DNA of 64,000 nucleotides from Candidatus Omnitrophota bacterium (lineage in GTDB: Bacteria; Omnitrophota; Omnitrophia; Omnitrophales; JACROU01): positions 162,313-226,312 of the forward strand of contig JAJDCD010000008.1 of the NCBI GenBank assembly GCA_029261035.1. The letters run 5' to 3'. A program made the translations under genes and the position numbers. Under the pieces are notes generated by a model. That model saw only the letters and a program-made list of their open reading frames with translations. It searched no databases and was not told where the DNA came from. This document shows, piece after piece, positions 38,000 through 46,876 of this stretch (positions are counted from its first letter, which is position 1; each line of letters begins with the position of its first letter).

Positions 38000-38380
38000 T
38001 TAAAACTTTTCAATAACAAGAAAGCCAACAGCCATCTTTTTTTCATGCGCTAAGCTAACCCATACATTTTTCAATTTAAGCACTTCTAGTTTTAGCTTTA
38101 GGTCTCCCGAAAACGAAATATGAGGAGAATGAAAATTTCCTTGCATCACTTCAATCGAACTCATCTGAACACTCTCCAGATCTAAGTTCAACGCTTTTAT
38201 GAACGCTTTCTTAACCGCTAGGCGTCCAGCAAAATTTTCTGAGCTTGATTTTTTAAAAGAATGGCAATAATCGATTTCATTGGAAGAAAAAGTTTCTTTA
38301 AGGTAAGTAGATCCATCTGCTTGAATCGCCATAGAGACGTCCTCTATTGATTCAAAGTGCAGGCCTTCAACAAAACTCAT
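38000..38380 (-). CDS. AcpS-like 4'-phosphopantetheinyl transferase fold protein (catalytic residues substituted)
   Basis: FS..EIDYC, FAGRLAVKKAFIKA, VSLAHE match AcpS, but the GIDIVE Asp and the KEA Glu are replaced. Confidence 0.75.
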   Translation of the reverse strand: MSFVEGLHFESIEDVSMAIQADGSTYLKETFSSNEIDYCHSFKKSSSENFAGRLAVKKAFIKALNLDLESVQMSSIEVMQGNFHSPHISFSGDLKLKLEVLKLKNVWVSLAHEKKMAVGFLVIEKF

Positions 38381-38381
38381 T

Positions 38382-38849
38382 TTATCTTTCTATCTTTAAG
38401 ACTTTATATTTGAGAGTTCCTGCGGGTATTTTAACTTGAACTTCATCCCCAACTTCTTTGTTTAAAAGAGCTTTTCCGACTGGAGAAATCATTGAGATTT
38501 TACCGTTTGCAAAATCCGCTTCTGCCTGAGAAACAAGATGGTAAAGTATTTTAGTGTCTTTACCGATGTCTTTCAAGGTAACTTTAGCACCTATCACAAT
38601 CTTCGAATTATCGATATCTTGATCATCTAAGATAACAACATGAGACAATTGGTCTGTTAACTCTGCAATTCTTTTTTCCAAATACCCTTGAGCTTCTTTA
38701 GCTGCATCATATTCTGCATTTTCTCTCAAATCACCTTTTTCGCGAGCAACAGCTATGGCTTCAATAATTTCTTTTCTTTTAGTTGTCCGCAAAAACTCCA
38801 ATTCTTTTTGCAGCTTTTCTAAACCTTCACGTGTTAAATGTGTAGACAT
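38382..38849 (-). CDS. greA: Transcription elongation factor GreA
   Basis: GDLRENAEYDAAK, ISMISPVGKALL. Confidence 0.97.
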   Translation of the reverse strand: MSTHLTREGLEKLQKELEFLRTTKRKEIIEAIAVAREKGDLRENAEYDAAKEAQGYLEKRIAELTDQLSHVVILDDQDIDNSKIVIGAKVTLKDIGKDTKILYHLVSQAEADFANGKISMISPVGKALLNKEVGDEVQVKIPAGTLKYKVLKIER

Positions 38850-38872
38850 ACCTTCATTCCCTCATAATTCCT

Positions 38873-39175
38873 TTAAGTTTTAACTAAAAAGTAGTACAAA
38901 ATATAGCAAACAGCGCATACGGTAAGTATATATAAAGTATAAAATTTAAAAAAATCTTGAATCCTTGACCAAACAGAATACCTCTTAGCACTTGCTTCTC
39001 TTGATAAATCTAACCGACTCTTTACAGTCATAACCTGATTACGATCAAATCGGAGGTATGTACCTCCAATTTTAAAAGCATTCAACTTGCCCTCCCGAAC
39101 AAGCTTCATTACTTCGTCATCATCAAGAGACAAATAATGTTTAACTTCTGAGATATTTAATAATTGTTCAGCCAT
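38873..39175 (-). CDS. Excisionase-like HTH_17 domain protein with a C-terminal TM anchor
   Basis: LLNISEVKHYL...LVREGKLNAFKIGGTYLRF, then hydrophobic tail YTLYILTVCAVCYILYYFLV; likely start 39175 (ORF open to 39208). Confidence 0.75.
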   Translation of the reverse strand: MAEQLLNISEVKHYLSLDDDEVMKLVREGKLNAFKIGGTYLRFDRNQVMTVKSRLDLSREASAKRYSVWSRIQDFFKFYTLYILTVCAVCYILYYFLVKT

Positions 39176-39265
39176 GATATTCTTTTCTTTTATGGAATCG
39201 AAACACAAAATTATTCTCTGCTAGAACACAATATGGTCCGACTATTCTATTAGAATATATGGTAA

Positions 39266-39802
39266 TTAAGAATTTACTTTTTCTTCTTGAATCCAACGTT
39301 CAATTTGAGAACGCTCGAACACCCAACCATCTTCTTCTAGGGTGGCAGGAATTTTCTTCTTACTTGCCCACTCTTCAACAACTTGCTCTTCCACTTCTAG
39401 AAAACCTGCTACATCTGCCACAGTCATATTATCAAAGTTAACTTCATTGGCTTTACTCGTACTCATAGCAACATTCCCATCTAGAATAGCCCCTTCTAAA
39501 CAACTGAAGATAGGAGCGCTAACATTTCCTTCAACACTTGCTGGAGCCGCCAAGGTTAAGCTGGTATATGCTGTGATATCTCCTGTTACTTTTCCTGCAA
39601 TGATAATTTTATCTCCTGTGATATTTGCTTTTACCTTTGCACTATCACCAATCGTTAAGATGCCACGCGTATCTAGTTTACCTTCAAAGGTTCCATTAAT
39701 TCTTAAGTTTACAGGATCTTTAAAAGTAATCGTACCTTGCATACTTGCATTTACATCAAGTATTTTTTCTTCAGATTCTTGATTATCCTTTTTTCTTGCC
39801 AT
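39266..39802 (-). CDS. Bactofilin (polymer-forming cytoskeletal protein) fused to an HTH_17 domain
   Basis: Beta-helix repeats (LRINGTFEGKL, TIGDSAKVKANI, IAGKVTGDI, EGAILDGNV), then MTVADVAGFLEV...WASKKKIPA..W.F; GGAGG RBS before ATG 39802. Confidence 0.85.
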   Translation of the reverse strand: MARKKDNQESEEKILDVNASMQGTITFKDPVNLRINGTFEGKLDTRGILTIGDSAKVKANITGDKIIIAGKVTGDITAYTSLTLAAPASVEGNVSAPIFSCLEGAILDGNVAMSTSKANEVNFDNMTVADVAGFLEVEEQVVEEWASKKKIPATLEEDGWVFERSQIERWIQEEKVNS

Positions 39803-39958
39803 GGGAGGACCCTCCATTAAGGTTGGTTTGGTTCAACATTGAAGATAATATCATATAACTGATCCCTATAATTGTAAAGACTGTAAAGGAATGCAATGAG
39901 TTACAGAAACCCTTACACACCTATAAATTCATAATTTAGAAGCTCTATCTAAGAAAAA

Positions 39959-41098
39959 TCAACTCCTCAACTGCTCAATCCAACCCGGAAGAACCTCTAA
40001 TAAATACTGAATATCCTCCTCTGTAGTCCCATACCCAAATGAAAACCTTACAGCAGAATTCAATCTCGCATCATCCAACTTCATCGCTTCTAACACATGA
40101 GAAGGATCCACCGATCCAGAAGTACATGCAGAACCACTTGATACATAAATATGGTGCCCATCTAAAAACATTAATGAGGCTTCCGTATCAACTCCCAAAA
40201 AACTCAAGTTAGAGGTATTTGACAGCCTCATGCCCTTATCCCCATTTATAACCACATCTGGAATATGCTTAAGAACAAATGATTCAAACCGCTCTTTAAG
40301 CTGTTTCATTCTTACTTCTTCGTTTACAATAGATTCTAAAGCTACCTCAATCGCTTTAGTAAAACCTACAATAGATGTTAAGTTCTCTGTTCCCGCCCGA
40401 TAATTACTTTCATGATGCCCCCCGACCAACAGAGGTTTTATCTTCTTTTTATCCTTAACCCATAAAGCGCCAACACCTTTAGGGCCTCCCGTTTTATGAG
40501 AGGAAATCGAAATGGATCCTGCATTTAAATGAGTAAAATCATAGTTCATTCTTCCTAAAACTTGCACAGCATCCACATGAAAAAAAATGCCCTTACTAGA
40601 CAACCAATCAGCCAAACCATGAATCGGTTGAATCACTCCAGTTTCGTTATTAGCCGCCATTACGCTCACTAACAATGTTTTGTCACTCACAACATTACGA
40701 ATACTTTCTTCAGACACAACCCCCTTGTCATCGGGATCAACCCAGATGACTTCAAACCCTTTACTCGCTAGTATCTCAGCAGGCCTTAATACAGAAAGGT
40801 GTTCAATTGAAGAAATTACAATTTGGTTCTTAAAACTGTCTTTATGATGAGCCATTCCCAACAAAGCGAGATTGTTCGCTTCTGTAGCAGAAGATGTAAA
40901 GATTAAATCACCCTCAGACTTCCCTATCAAACTCATTAATTTATTTCTTGAGTCATCTAAAGCAAAGCGTGCCTTCTGCCCCATTTGATGAAAGCTAGAT
41001 GGGTTGCCAAATTGTTCTTTGAGGAAAGGTTGGATAGCATCATAGACTTCAGGACGCATTGGTGAAGTAGCATTATAATCTAAATATATGGATTTCAT
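39959..41098 (-). CDS. iscS: Cysteine desulfurase (IscS/NifS family)
   Basis: YLDYNATSP, GNPSS, HVDAVQ, SSHKTGGPKG, SSGSACTSG. Confidence 0.92.
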   Translation of the reverse strand: MKSIYLDYNATSPMRPEVYDAIQPFLKEQFGNPSSFHQMGQKARFALDDSRNKLMSLIGKSEGDLIFTSSATEANNLALLGMAHHKDSFKNQIVISSIEHLSVLRPAEILASKGFEVIWVDPDDKGVVSEESIRNVVSDKTLLVSVMAANNETGVIQPIHGLADWLSSKGIFFHVDAVQVLGRMNYDFTHLNAGSISISSHKTGGPKGVGALWVKDKKKIKPLLVGGHHESNYRAGTENLTSIVGFTKAIEVALESIVNEEVRMKQLKERFESFVLKHIPDVVINGDKGMRLSNTSNLSFLGVDTEASLMFLDGHHIYVSSGSACTSGSVDPSHVLEAMKLDDARLNSAVRFSFGYGTTEEDIQYLLEVLPGWIEQLRS

Positions 41099-41104
41099 TG
41101 AAGG

Positions 41105-41443
41105 TTAACTCTTTTTTCTTTTATCTGATAGTTTCACACTTTGACTGATCCAACGCAAATACGATTCATCACCTTCACTCACATCTATCGCTAGAATCTC
41201 CGGAACGTCATAAGGATGAACTTGCTTCAAATACTTCATCAGTGCTTTCAATTTCGTCTGAGTTGTCTTTATGAACAAAAGAACTTCTGCAGAGCTCTCA
41301 ACTTTATTTTTCCACAAATAAAAGGATTGCCCCTTTGGAAAAGCATGAACACAGGCACATAAACGCTCCCTTAATAACTGCTTTGATACCTGCTCTGCTT
41401 TTTTCTGGTTAGGTAACGTGGAAAAGACGATTTTATACTTCAT
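41105..41443 (-). CDS. cutA: Divalent-cation tolerance protein CutA
   Basis: LCACV, S.Y.W, E..L.IKT, HPYDVPEI. Confidence 0.93.
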   Translation of the reverse strand: MKYKIVFSTLPNQKKAEQVSKQLLRERLCACVHAFPKGQSFYLWKNKVESSAEVLLFIKTTQTKLKALMKYLKQVHPYDVPEILAIDVSEGDESYLRWISQSVKLSDKRKKS

Positions 41444-44243
41444 TTAATTTCTTTTTGTTAAGCATTTTAGCGAGAAATTGCCCCGTATACGAGCCTGCTG
41501 TTTGGGCAACTTTTTCAGGAGTCCCTTGAACCAAAAGCTTCCCGCCCTTATCTCCACCTTCAGGGCCTAAATCAATGACGTGATCCGCCATTTTAACCAC
41601 TTCCATGTTATGTTCGATAACAATAACAGTATTTCCAGACTCTCTTAATTCCAACAAAGCTTTTATTAGATGCGCTATATCTGCAAAATGCAGCCCTGTC
41701 GTTGGTTCATCCAACAAATAAAGAGTATTACCCGTTGATTTCTTTGATAACTCGCTAGCGAGTTTGATTCTCTGAGCTTCACCTCCAGATAAAGTCGTAG
41801 AGGACTGGCCCAGTTTTATATATCCCAACCCTATTTTTTCCAAAAGCTCCAATCGGTCTCTAATCATCGGTATAGCTTTAAAAAATGCTAAAGCCTCTGT
41901 AACCGACATAGCTAAAACTTCGGCTATGTTTTTACCCTTATAGGTAACTTGTAATGTTTGAGAGTTGTAACGATTTCCTACACATGTTTCACAAATAACA
42001 TACATATTAGGAAGAAAACTCATTTCTAATTTCTGAAAACCTTCCCCCTGACAATCTTCACATCGCCCACCTTTCAAATTAAAACTAAATCGACTTGCAG
42101 TAAAATTTCTTACTTTTGCTTCATTCGTATCCGCAAATAATTTACGAATAAATTGAAACAGATCTGTATACGTTGCTGGATTCGAACGGGGAGTTCTTCC
42201 AATAGGGGCTTGATCAATTTCGATCACTTTATCAATATGTTCTATACCTTCTATCTTTTTATACTTCCCAACAGGATAATGTGTTTTCCAAATATTATTA
42301 TGAATTGCTTTAAATAAAATATCATGAATCAATGTACTTTTTCCCGACCCAGAAACCCCCGTAACACATATAAAATGTCCTAAAGGAATTTTAACACTCG
42401 TATTTTTTAAATTATGCTCCTTAGCTCCCTTAATCGTAATAAAGTTTCTATTCCGTGTTGATTTTCTCTTTTTAGGTAAAGGAATCGTCAACTTTCCAGA
42501 CAAGTAATTACCGGTTAAAGAGGCTTCATGTTGGCACACTTCATCAATCGTTCCTTGAGCAATAACTTCACCCCCTTCTGTACCTGCCTTAGGACCCAAA
42601 TCCACAAGGTAATCTGCAGCTCTTATAGTTTCTTCATCATGCTCTACAACTACAATGGTATTCCGTAAATCACGTAAATGCTTTAAAGTAGAAAGTAAAC
42701 GATCATGGTCTCTTGGATGCAACCCAATGCTCGGCTCGTCCAAAACATACAGAACCCCGGTTAGACCAATTCCAATTTGAGCAGCTAACCGAATGCGTTG
42801 CAGCTCTCCTCCAGCCAACGTCGCCACAGAGCGATTTAAAGTTAAATAGCTTAACCCCACATTGTTTAAAAACTGAATACGATCTTTAATCTCTTTAAGA
42901 ATAGGCTCTGCAATCAACTGCTGAGCCCCTTCAAAAGATAATTCATCAAAAAACTCTTTTGCTAATTGAATCGACATAGAAGAAATTTCTTCAATATTTT
43001 TACCATTAATCTTAACAGCCAAACTTTCTTTCCTTAAACGACCTCCTTTACAATCATGACAGACATCCTCCACGATAAATTTTCTAATTTTATCTTTTAT
43101 TTTTTGAGAACCCGTTTTAAAAGAAAGTTCCTTTAACTCATCTAGCAGACCTGGAAAATCATCATTACCCCAAAAAAATGCATCTTGAACTTCTTGTTTC
43201 AACTCCTGAAACGGTTGATTCATGTCCGTTTTATAAAATTGCTTTATCTCCCAAACCAAATCTTGGATAAAGTAAGAATTAAAAGAGAAGAAAATATCTT
43301 CATTTAACCCTCCCTTCATTAAAGGCTTAGATGGGTCTGCAATTACAAGTTTGGAGACAATCTGAGAAATCCGTCCAATTCCTCGACATGTAGGGCATGC
43401 GCCGTAAGGACTATTAAAGGAAAACATATTAGGGTTCATTTCTCCATTACTAACACTAAATTCAGAATAGTTTTTAATATTAGAGAAAAAGAGCTCTTTA
43501 TCTTTACTTCCCTTCCTTTTTCTCACAGGCTCATAACGAACTAATGCGTTGCCCTTAGCAACTTCTAAGGCTAATTCCAAAGACTTTTGAATGCGCCCTC
43601 GAAACTGCTCTTTCACCATAAAAATATCGATCATAACATTAATATCATGGCGCTTGGTTTTGAGAAGTTTAATATCGTCTTCTAAAGAGCACATCTTTCC
43701 ATCAATTTTCATTTTGTTGAATCCACGTTTTTTTATCTCTTGAAGTTCTTTTTTAAATTCTCCTTTTCGACCTCGAACAATAGGTGCATAAAGCACAATT
43801 CGGGATCCCCTTGGAAACTTAAAAATCTGTTCAACCATTTCTTCAGGAGTTTCGCTCGCCAGAGGAGAATTGTCTTCATCAGAATAAACATCCCCTAATT
43901 TAGAAAAAAGTAATCTGAGAAAATCATACAACTCCGTCACGGTAGCCACAGTACTTCTTGGATTATGAGCAATGGAGCTTTGCTCAATGGAGATACTAGG
44001 GGAAAGACCAGAAATCTGATCTACTTCAGGTTTTTTTAATTTTTCAAGGAATTGTCGTGCATAGGAAGAAAAACATTCGATATATCTTCTTTGACCTTCA
44101 GCATAAATCGTATCAAAAGCAAGGGAAGACTTTCCTGATCCCGATAAGCCTGTAATCACAGTAATTTGATTTCGAGGAATATCCACATCTATATTTTTTA
44201 AATTATGTTCCCGCGCTCCACGCACTTGAATCATCGAAGACAT
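41433..44243 (-). CDS. uvrA: Excinuclease ABC subunit A
   Basis: GLSGSGKSSLAFDTIYAEGQRRY, second Walker A GVSGSGKS, LSGGEAQR. Confidence 0.98.
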   Translation of the reverse strand: MSSMIQVRGAREHNLKNIDVDIPRNQITVITGLSGSGKSSLAFDTIYAEGQRRYIECFSSYARQFLEKLKKPEVDQISGLSPSISIEQSSIAHNPRSTVATVTELYDFLRLLFSKLGDVYSDEDNSPLASETPEEMVEQIFKFPRGSRIVLYAPIVRGRKGEFKKELQEIKKRGFNKMKIDGKMCSLEDDIKLLKTKRHDINVMIDIFMVKEQFRGRIQKSLELALEVAKGNALVRYEPVRKRKGSKDKELFFSNIKNYSEFSVSNGEMNPNMFSFNSPYGACPTCRGIGRISQIVSKLVIADPSKPLMKGGLNEDIFFSFNSYFIQDLVWEIKQFYKTDMNQPFQELKQEVQDAFFWGNDDFPGLLDELKELSFKTGSQKIKDKIRKFIVEDVCHDCKGGRLRKESLAVKINGKNIEEISSMSIQLAKEFFDELSFEGAQQLIAEPILKEIKDRIQFLNNVGLSYLTLNRSVATLAGGELQRIRLAAQIGIGLTGVLYVLDEPSIGLHPRDHDRLLSTLKHLRDLRNTIVVVEHDEETIRAADYLVDLGPKAGTEGGEVIAQGTIDEVCQHEASLTGNYLSGKLTIPLPKKRKSTRNRNFITIKGAKEHNLKNTSVKIPLGHFICVTGVSGSGKSTLIHDILFKAIHNNIWKTHYPVGKYKKIEGIEHIDKVIEIDQAPIGRTPRSNPATYTDLFQFIRKLFADTNEAKVRNFTASRFSFNLKGGRCEDCQGEGFQKLEMSFLPNMYVICETCVGNRYNSQTLQVTYKGKNIAEVLAMSVTEALAFFKAIPMIRDRLELLEKIGLGYIKLGQSSTTLSGGEAQRIKLASELSKKSTGNTLYLLDEPTTGLHFADIAHLIKALLELRESGNTVIVIEHNMEVVKMADHVIDLGPEGGDKGGKLLVQGTPEKVAQTAGSYTGQFLAKMLNKKKLNEV

Positions 44244-44271
44244 ATTAACTCACAACTTTCTTAAAATAGGG

Positions 44272-45090
44272 CTATGTTCCAATTTTCATTTTAGAGAAAA
44301 TTTTATTTAATGTAGCTGCCAAAGAATACTGTGCCAAAGCACTCGTTTTAGGGTTATCTTTTGAGGGGACATTCTCTGTAAAGGTATTAATGCGTCCAAA
44401 CTTTCCTTCTGCTGTTATCTCATGAGAGTTCGCTGTAAACTCAGGAGAAGTCAATACTTTAACTTTAACTTGCTCAGGGCCTAGCGTTGCCAAAGAAAGA
44501 ACAGCTGCAACATTAACATTTTGAGGGAAAGCTTTAACTGCTTCAGTAGCTGTTCCTTCAAAAATCATTTGCTCTGTTTGAATAGAATCTAGGTCGATTC
44601 CCTTTTCTATTAAAAAAGGAGCTCCTCTTAACCCTTCAATAGGTTTCCTTGTTGTTAAAGTGATTCTTTCTATTCCTTCTTGCATAGCTGCATTCAATGC
44701 ATCAATACCCGCTACAGCTCCCGAGGGAACAAATACTTGCCCCACAGAATTAAATAACAAATCCTTTAAGGAAGGAACGTCTAAAATCCCACCCACACTC
44801 ATAACTAAAATAAGTTTTCCGCTTTGCAACGACTTCTCTAACAATTCTGGAACGCAAGAAACATGAGCGGCTTCAATAATTAAATCAACATCCTCTAAAT
44901 GCTCGTTCCAGCTAGAAATAACTTCAACGCCTTGAGTCAATTCTATTTTCAACTTATCTGCGGCATTTAAATTGATATCACAAACCCACTGAAGCTTAGC
45001 TTTATCACCATAGTCTCTTTCAACAAGTCGAGCGATGTAACTCCCAATAGAGCCACAACCCACTAAACCTATACGGACTATACCTGACAC
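44272..45090 (-). CDS. nadX: L-aspartate dehydrogenase
   Basis: GCGSIG, PSGAVAGID, TTRKP, FPQNVNVAA, NPKTS. Confidence 0.9.
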   Translation of the reverse strand: MSGIVRIGLVGCGSIGSYIARLVERDYGDKAKLQWVCDINLNAADKLKIELTQGVEVISSWNEHLEDVDLIIEAAHVSCVPELLEKSLQSGKLILVMSVGGILDVPSLKDLLFNSVGQVFVPSGAVAGIDALNAAMQEGIERITLTTRKPIEGLRGAPFLIEKGIDLDSIQTEQMIFEGTATEAVKAFPQNVNVAAVLSLATLGPEQVKVKVLTSPEFTANSHEITAEGKFGRINTFTENVPSKDNPKTSALAQYSLAATLNKIFSKMKIGT

Positions 45091-45461
45091 GAAACTGTCT
45101 CTTCTTCAGATATTTTCGTAATACGGTTCTTCTCATCCACTCGAACTACTTTTGGACGATGAGAATCTATTTCTTCTTTTGTAAGGAGAGCAAAAGAAAT
45201 AATAATAGCAATATCCCCTTCATTCGCATGATGAGCGGCCGCTCCATTCATACAAATGACACCAGAACCTCTAGGACCCGGAATGCAATAAGTTTCCAAA
45301 CGAGAACCATTCGTTACATTAGCAACCAAAACCTTTTCCCAGTGAGCCATACCAGAAGCATCCATCAGATCCTCATCAATAGTAATACTACCTTCATACT
45401 CTAGATTTGTTTCTGTAATGGTTACACGGTGAATTTTAGAATTTAGTAATTGACGTTGCAT
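45078..45461 (-). CDS. panD: Aspartate 1-decarboxylase
   Basis: KIHR, YEGSITID (G-S cleavage site), RLETY, NGAAAH. Confidence 0.97.
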   Translation of the reverse strand: MQRQLLNSKIHRVTITETNLEYEGSITIDEDLMDASGMAHWEKVLVANVTNGSRLETYCIPGPRGSGVICMNGAAAHHANEGDIAIIISFALLTKEEIDSHRPKVVRVDEKNRITKISEEETVSCQV

Positions 45462-45485
45462 GGTTTAAACAACCTCCAAATTAAT

Positions 45486-46328
45486 TTATTTTTTTATTAC
45501 TCGGTTATCTATCAGTCTTGTTTTTCCTAAAGTACAAGCTATTCCAAGTAAAATATCTCCAGTCACTTGTTTTATATTTTCCAAACTTTCAAGATCTAAT
45601 ATTTCAACATACTGGATTTTATCGACTACAGGCTCCAAAGATTTCTGAATATCTTTCTTCAACTGAGCCACATTCGTTTCTCCAGAACGGATCAACTGTT
45701 CTGCATATTCTAATGCCAGATAGATCATAGGCGCTTTTGCTCTTTGTAATTCGCTCAAATAGGCATTTCTAGAGCTCATCGCCAAACCATCCATCTCACG
45801 GATCGTTGGCAAAACTTCTAAGGCTAGGGGCATATTCAGATCCTTAACCATACGCTTCAAAATCACAGCTTGCTGATAATCCTTTTGCCCAAAATAGGCT
45901 TTTGTAGGCCGAACTAAATTAAATAATTTTGCAACAACAGTACAAACCCCATCAAAATGCCCTGCGCGAAACTGCCCACATAATCGCAGCCCTAACTTCC
46001 CTGCCTTTACTTCAGTCTGAAATCCTTTAGGATACATTTCAGTCACTTTTGGTAAAAAAAGAATATCTGCCTTTTCTTTCTTTAACAAACGTTCATCTTG
46101 AGCTAAGGTTCGCGGATATTTTTTAAAATCTTCTTTAGGACCAAATTGAGTTGGATTTACAAAAACACTAACAACAACTCGCTTATTCTTTTTTCTGGCA
46201 GTACGGACCAACGACAAGTGCCCTTCATGCAAAGCCCCCATTGTTGGGACAAAACCAATAGAGTGTGATTGTTTAGCTTGTCTCAAAGACCATGCTGTCA
46301 TTTCACTCAAAGAAACAATTTTTTTCAT
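45486..46328 (-). CDS. panC: Pantothenate synthetase
   Basis: PTMGALHEGH, FVNPTQF, GQKDYQQ, GLAMSSRN, RLIDN. Confidence 0.97.
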   Translation of the reverse strand: MKKIVSLSEMTAWSLRQAKQSHSIGFVPTMGALHEGHLSLVRTARKKNKRVVVSVFVNPTQFGPKEDFKKYPRTLAQDERLLKKEKADILFLPKVTEMYPKGFQTEVKAGKLGLRLCGQFRAGHFDGVCTVVAKLFNLVRPTKAYFGQKDYQQAVILKRMVKDLNMPLALEVLPTIREMDGLAMSSRNAYLSELQRAKAPMIYLALEYAEQLIRSGETNVAQLKKDIQKSLEPVVDKIQYVEILDLESLENIKQVTGDILLGIACTLGKTRLIDNRVIKK

Positions 46329-46852
46329 TACACAGTCACTGGGGATTCAACGTTTTCTTTTTGCTTTTGAATAAATTCTTGAAGCTGAACATCCCCTAAC
46401 AAATCAATCAACAACTCCTGTACTGATTTCTTTGTTTTTGGATGAACCCAATCTTCATTGCATTCGTGCAAAGGTTTTAAAACAAATTCTCTCTGCTCAA
46501 TTCGAGGATGAGGTAACATCAACTCATCTTCCTCAATAACCTCTTCGTCATAGCAAAGCAAATCCAAATCTAAAGTCCTCGGTCCATTTTTCTCGACTCG
46601 TTTTCTGCCCAAACCCAATTCAATTCTCTGCAAATGACTTAATAACTCGAAGGCGCTAACTTCAGATTCCACCACCCAAACAGCATTCAAGTAAAGTCCT
46701 TGAGCAGGACCTCCATGAGGAAGAGTTTCGTAAATTGAAGACTCTTTCTTCCACGTTACACCAGGTATAGCCTTTATCTGATCTCTCGCTTTTTGAATGT
46801 ATTGCAGTCGATCCCCTAAATTAGAACCAACACCAATATAAGCTGTGGACAT
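46328..46852 (-). CDS. folK: 2-amino-4-hydroxy-6-hydroxymethyldihydropteridine diphosphokinase
   Basis: GVGSNLG, YLNAV, GPRTLDLDLL, LPHPR..REFVL. Confidence 0.96.
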   Translation of the reverse strand: MSTAYIGVGSNLGDRLQYIQKARDQIKAIPGVTWKKESSIYETLPHGGPAQGLYLNAVWVVESEVSAFELLSHLQRIELGLGRKRVEKNGPRTLDLDLLCYDEEVIEEDELMLPHPRIEQREFVLKPLHECNEDWVHPKTKKSVQELLIDLLGDVQLQEFIQKQKENVESPVTV

Positions 46853-46876
46853 AAGCAGCTTCCCTCATCTATATTT

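Noticed and set aside
38873-39441. Excisionase-like domains as evidence of a prophage or ICE
   Set aside because: No integrase, att repeats or phage genes; the domains are fused to bactofilin or a TM in a housekeeping context
39342-39782. 146-aa plus-strand ORF
   Set aside because: Exact antisense of the bactofilin gene; expected from codon bias
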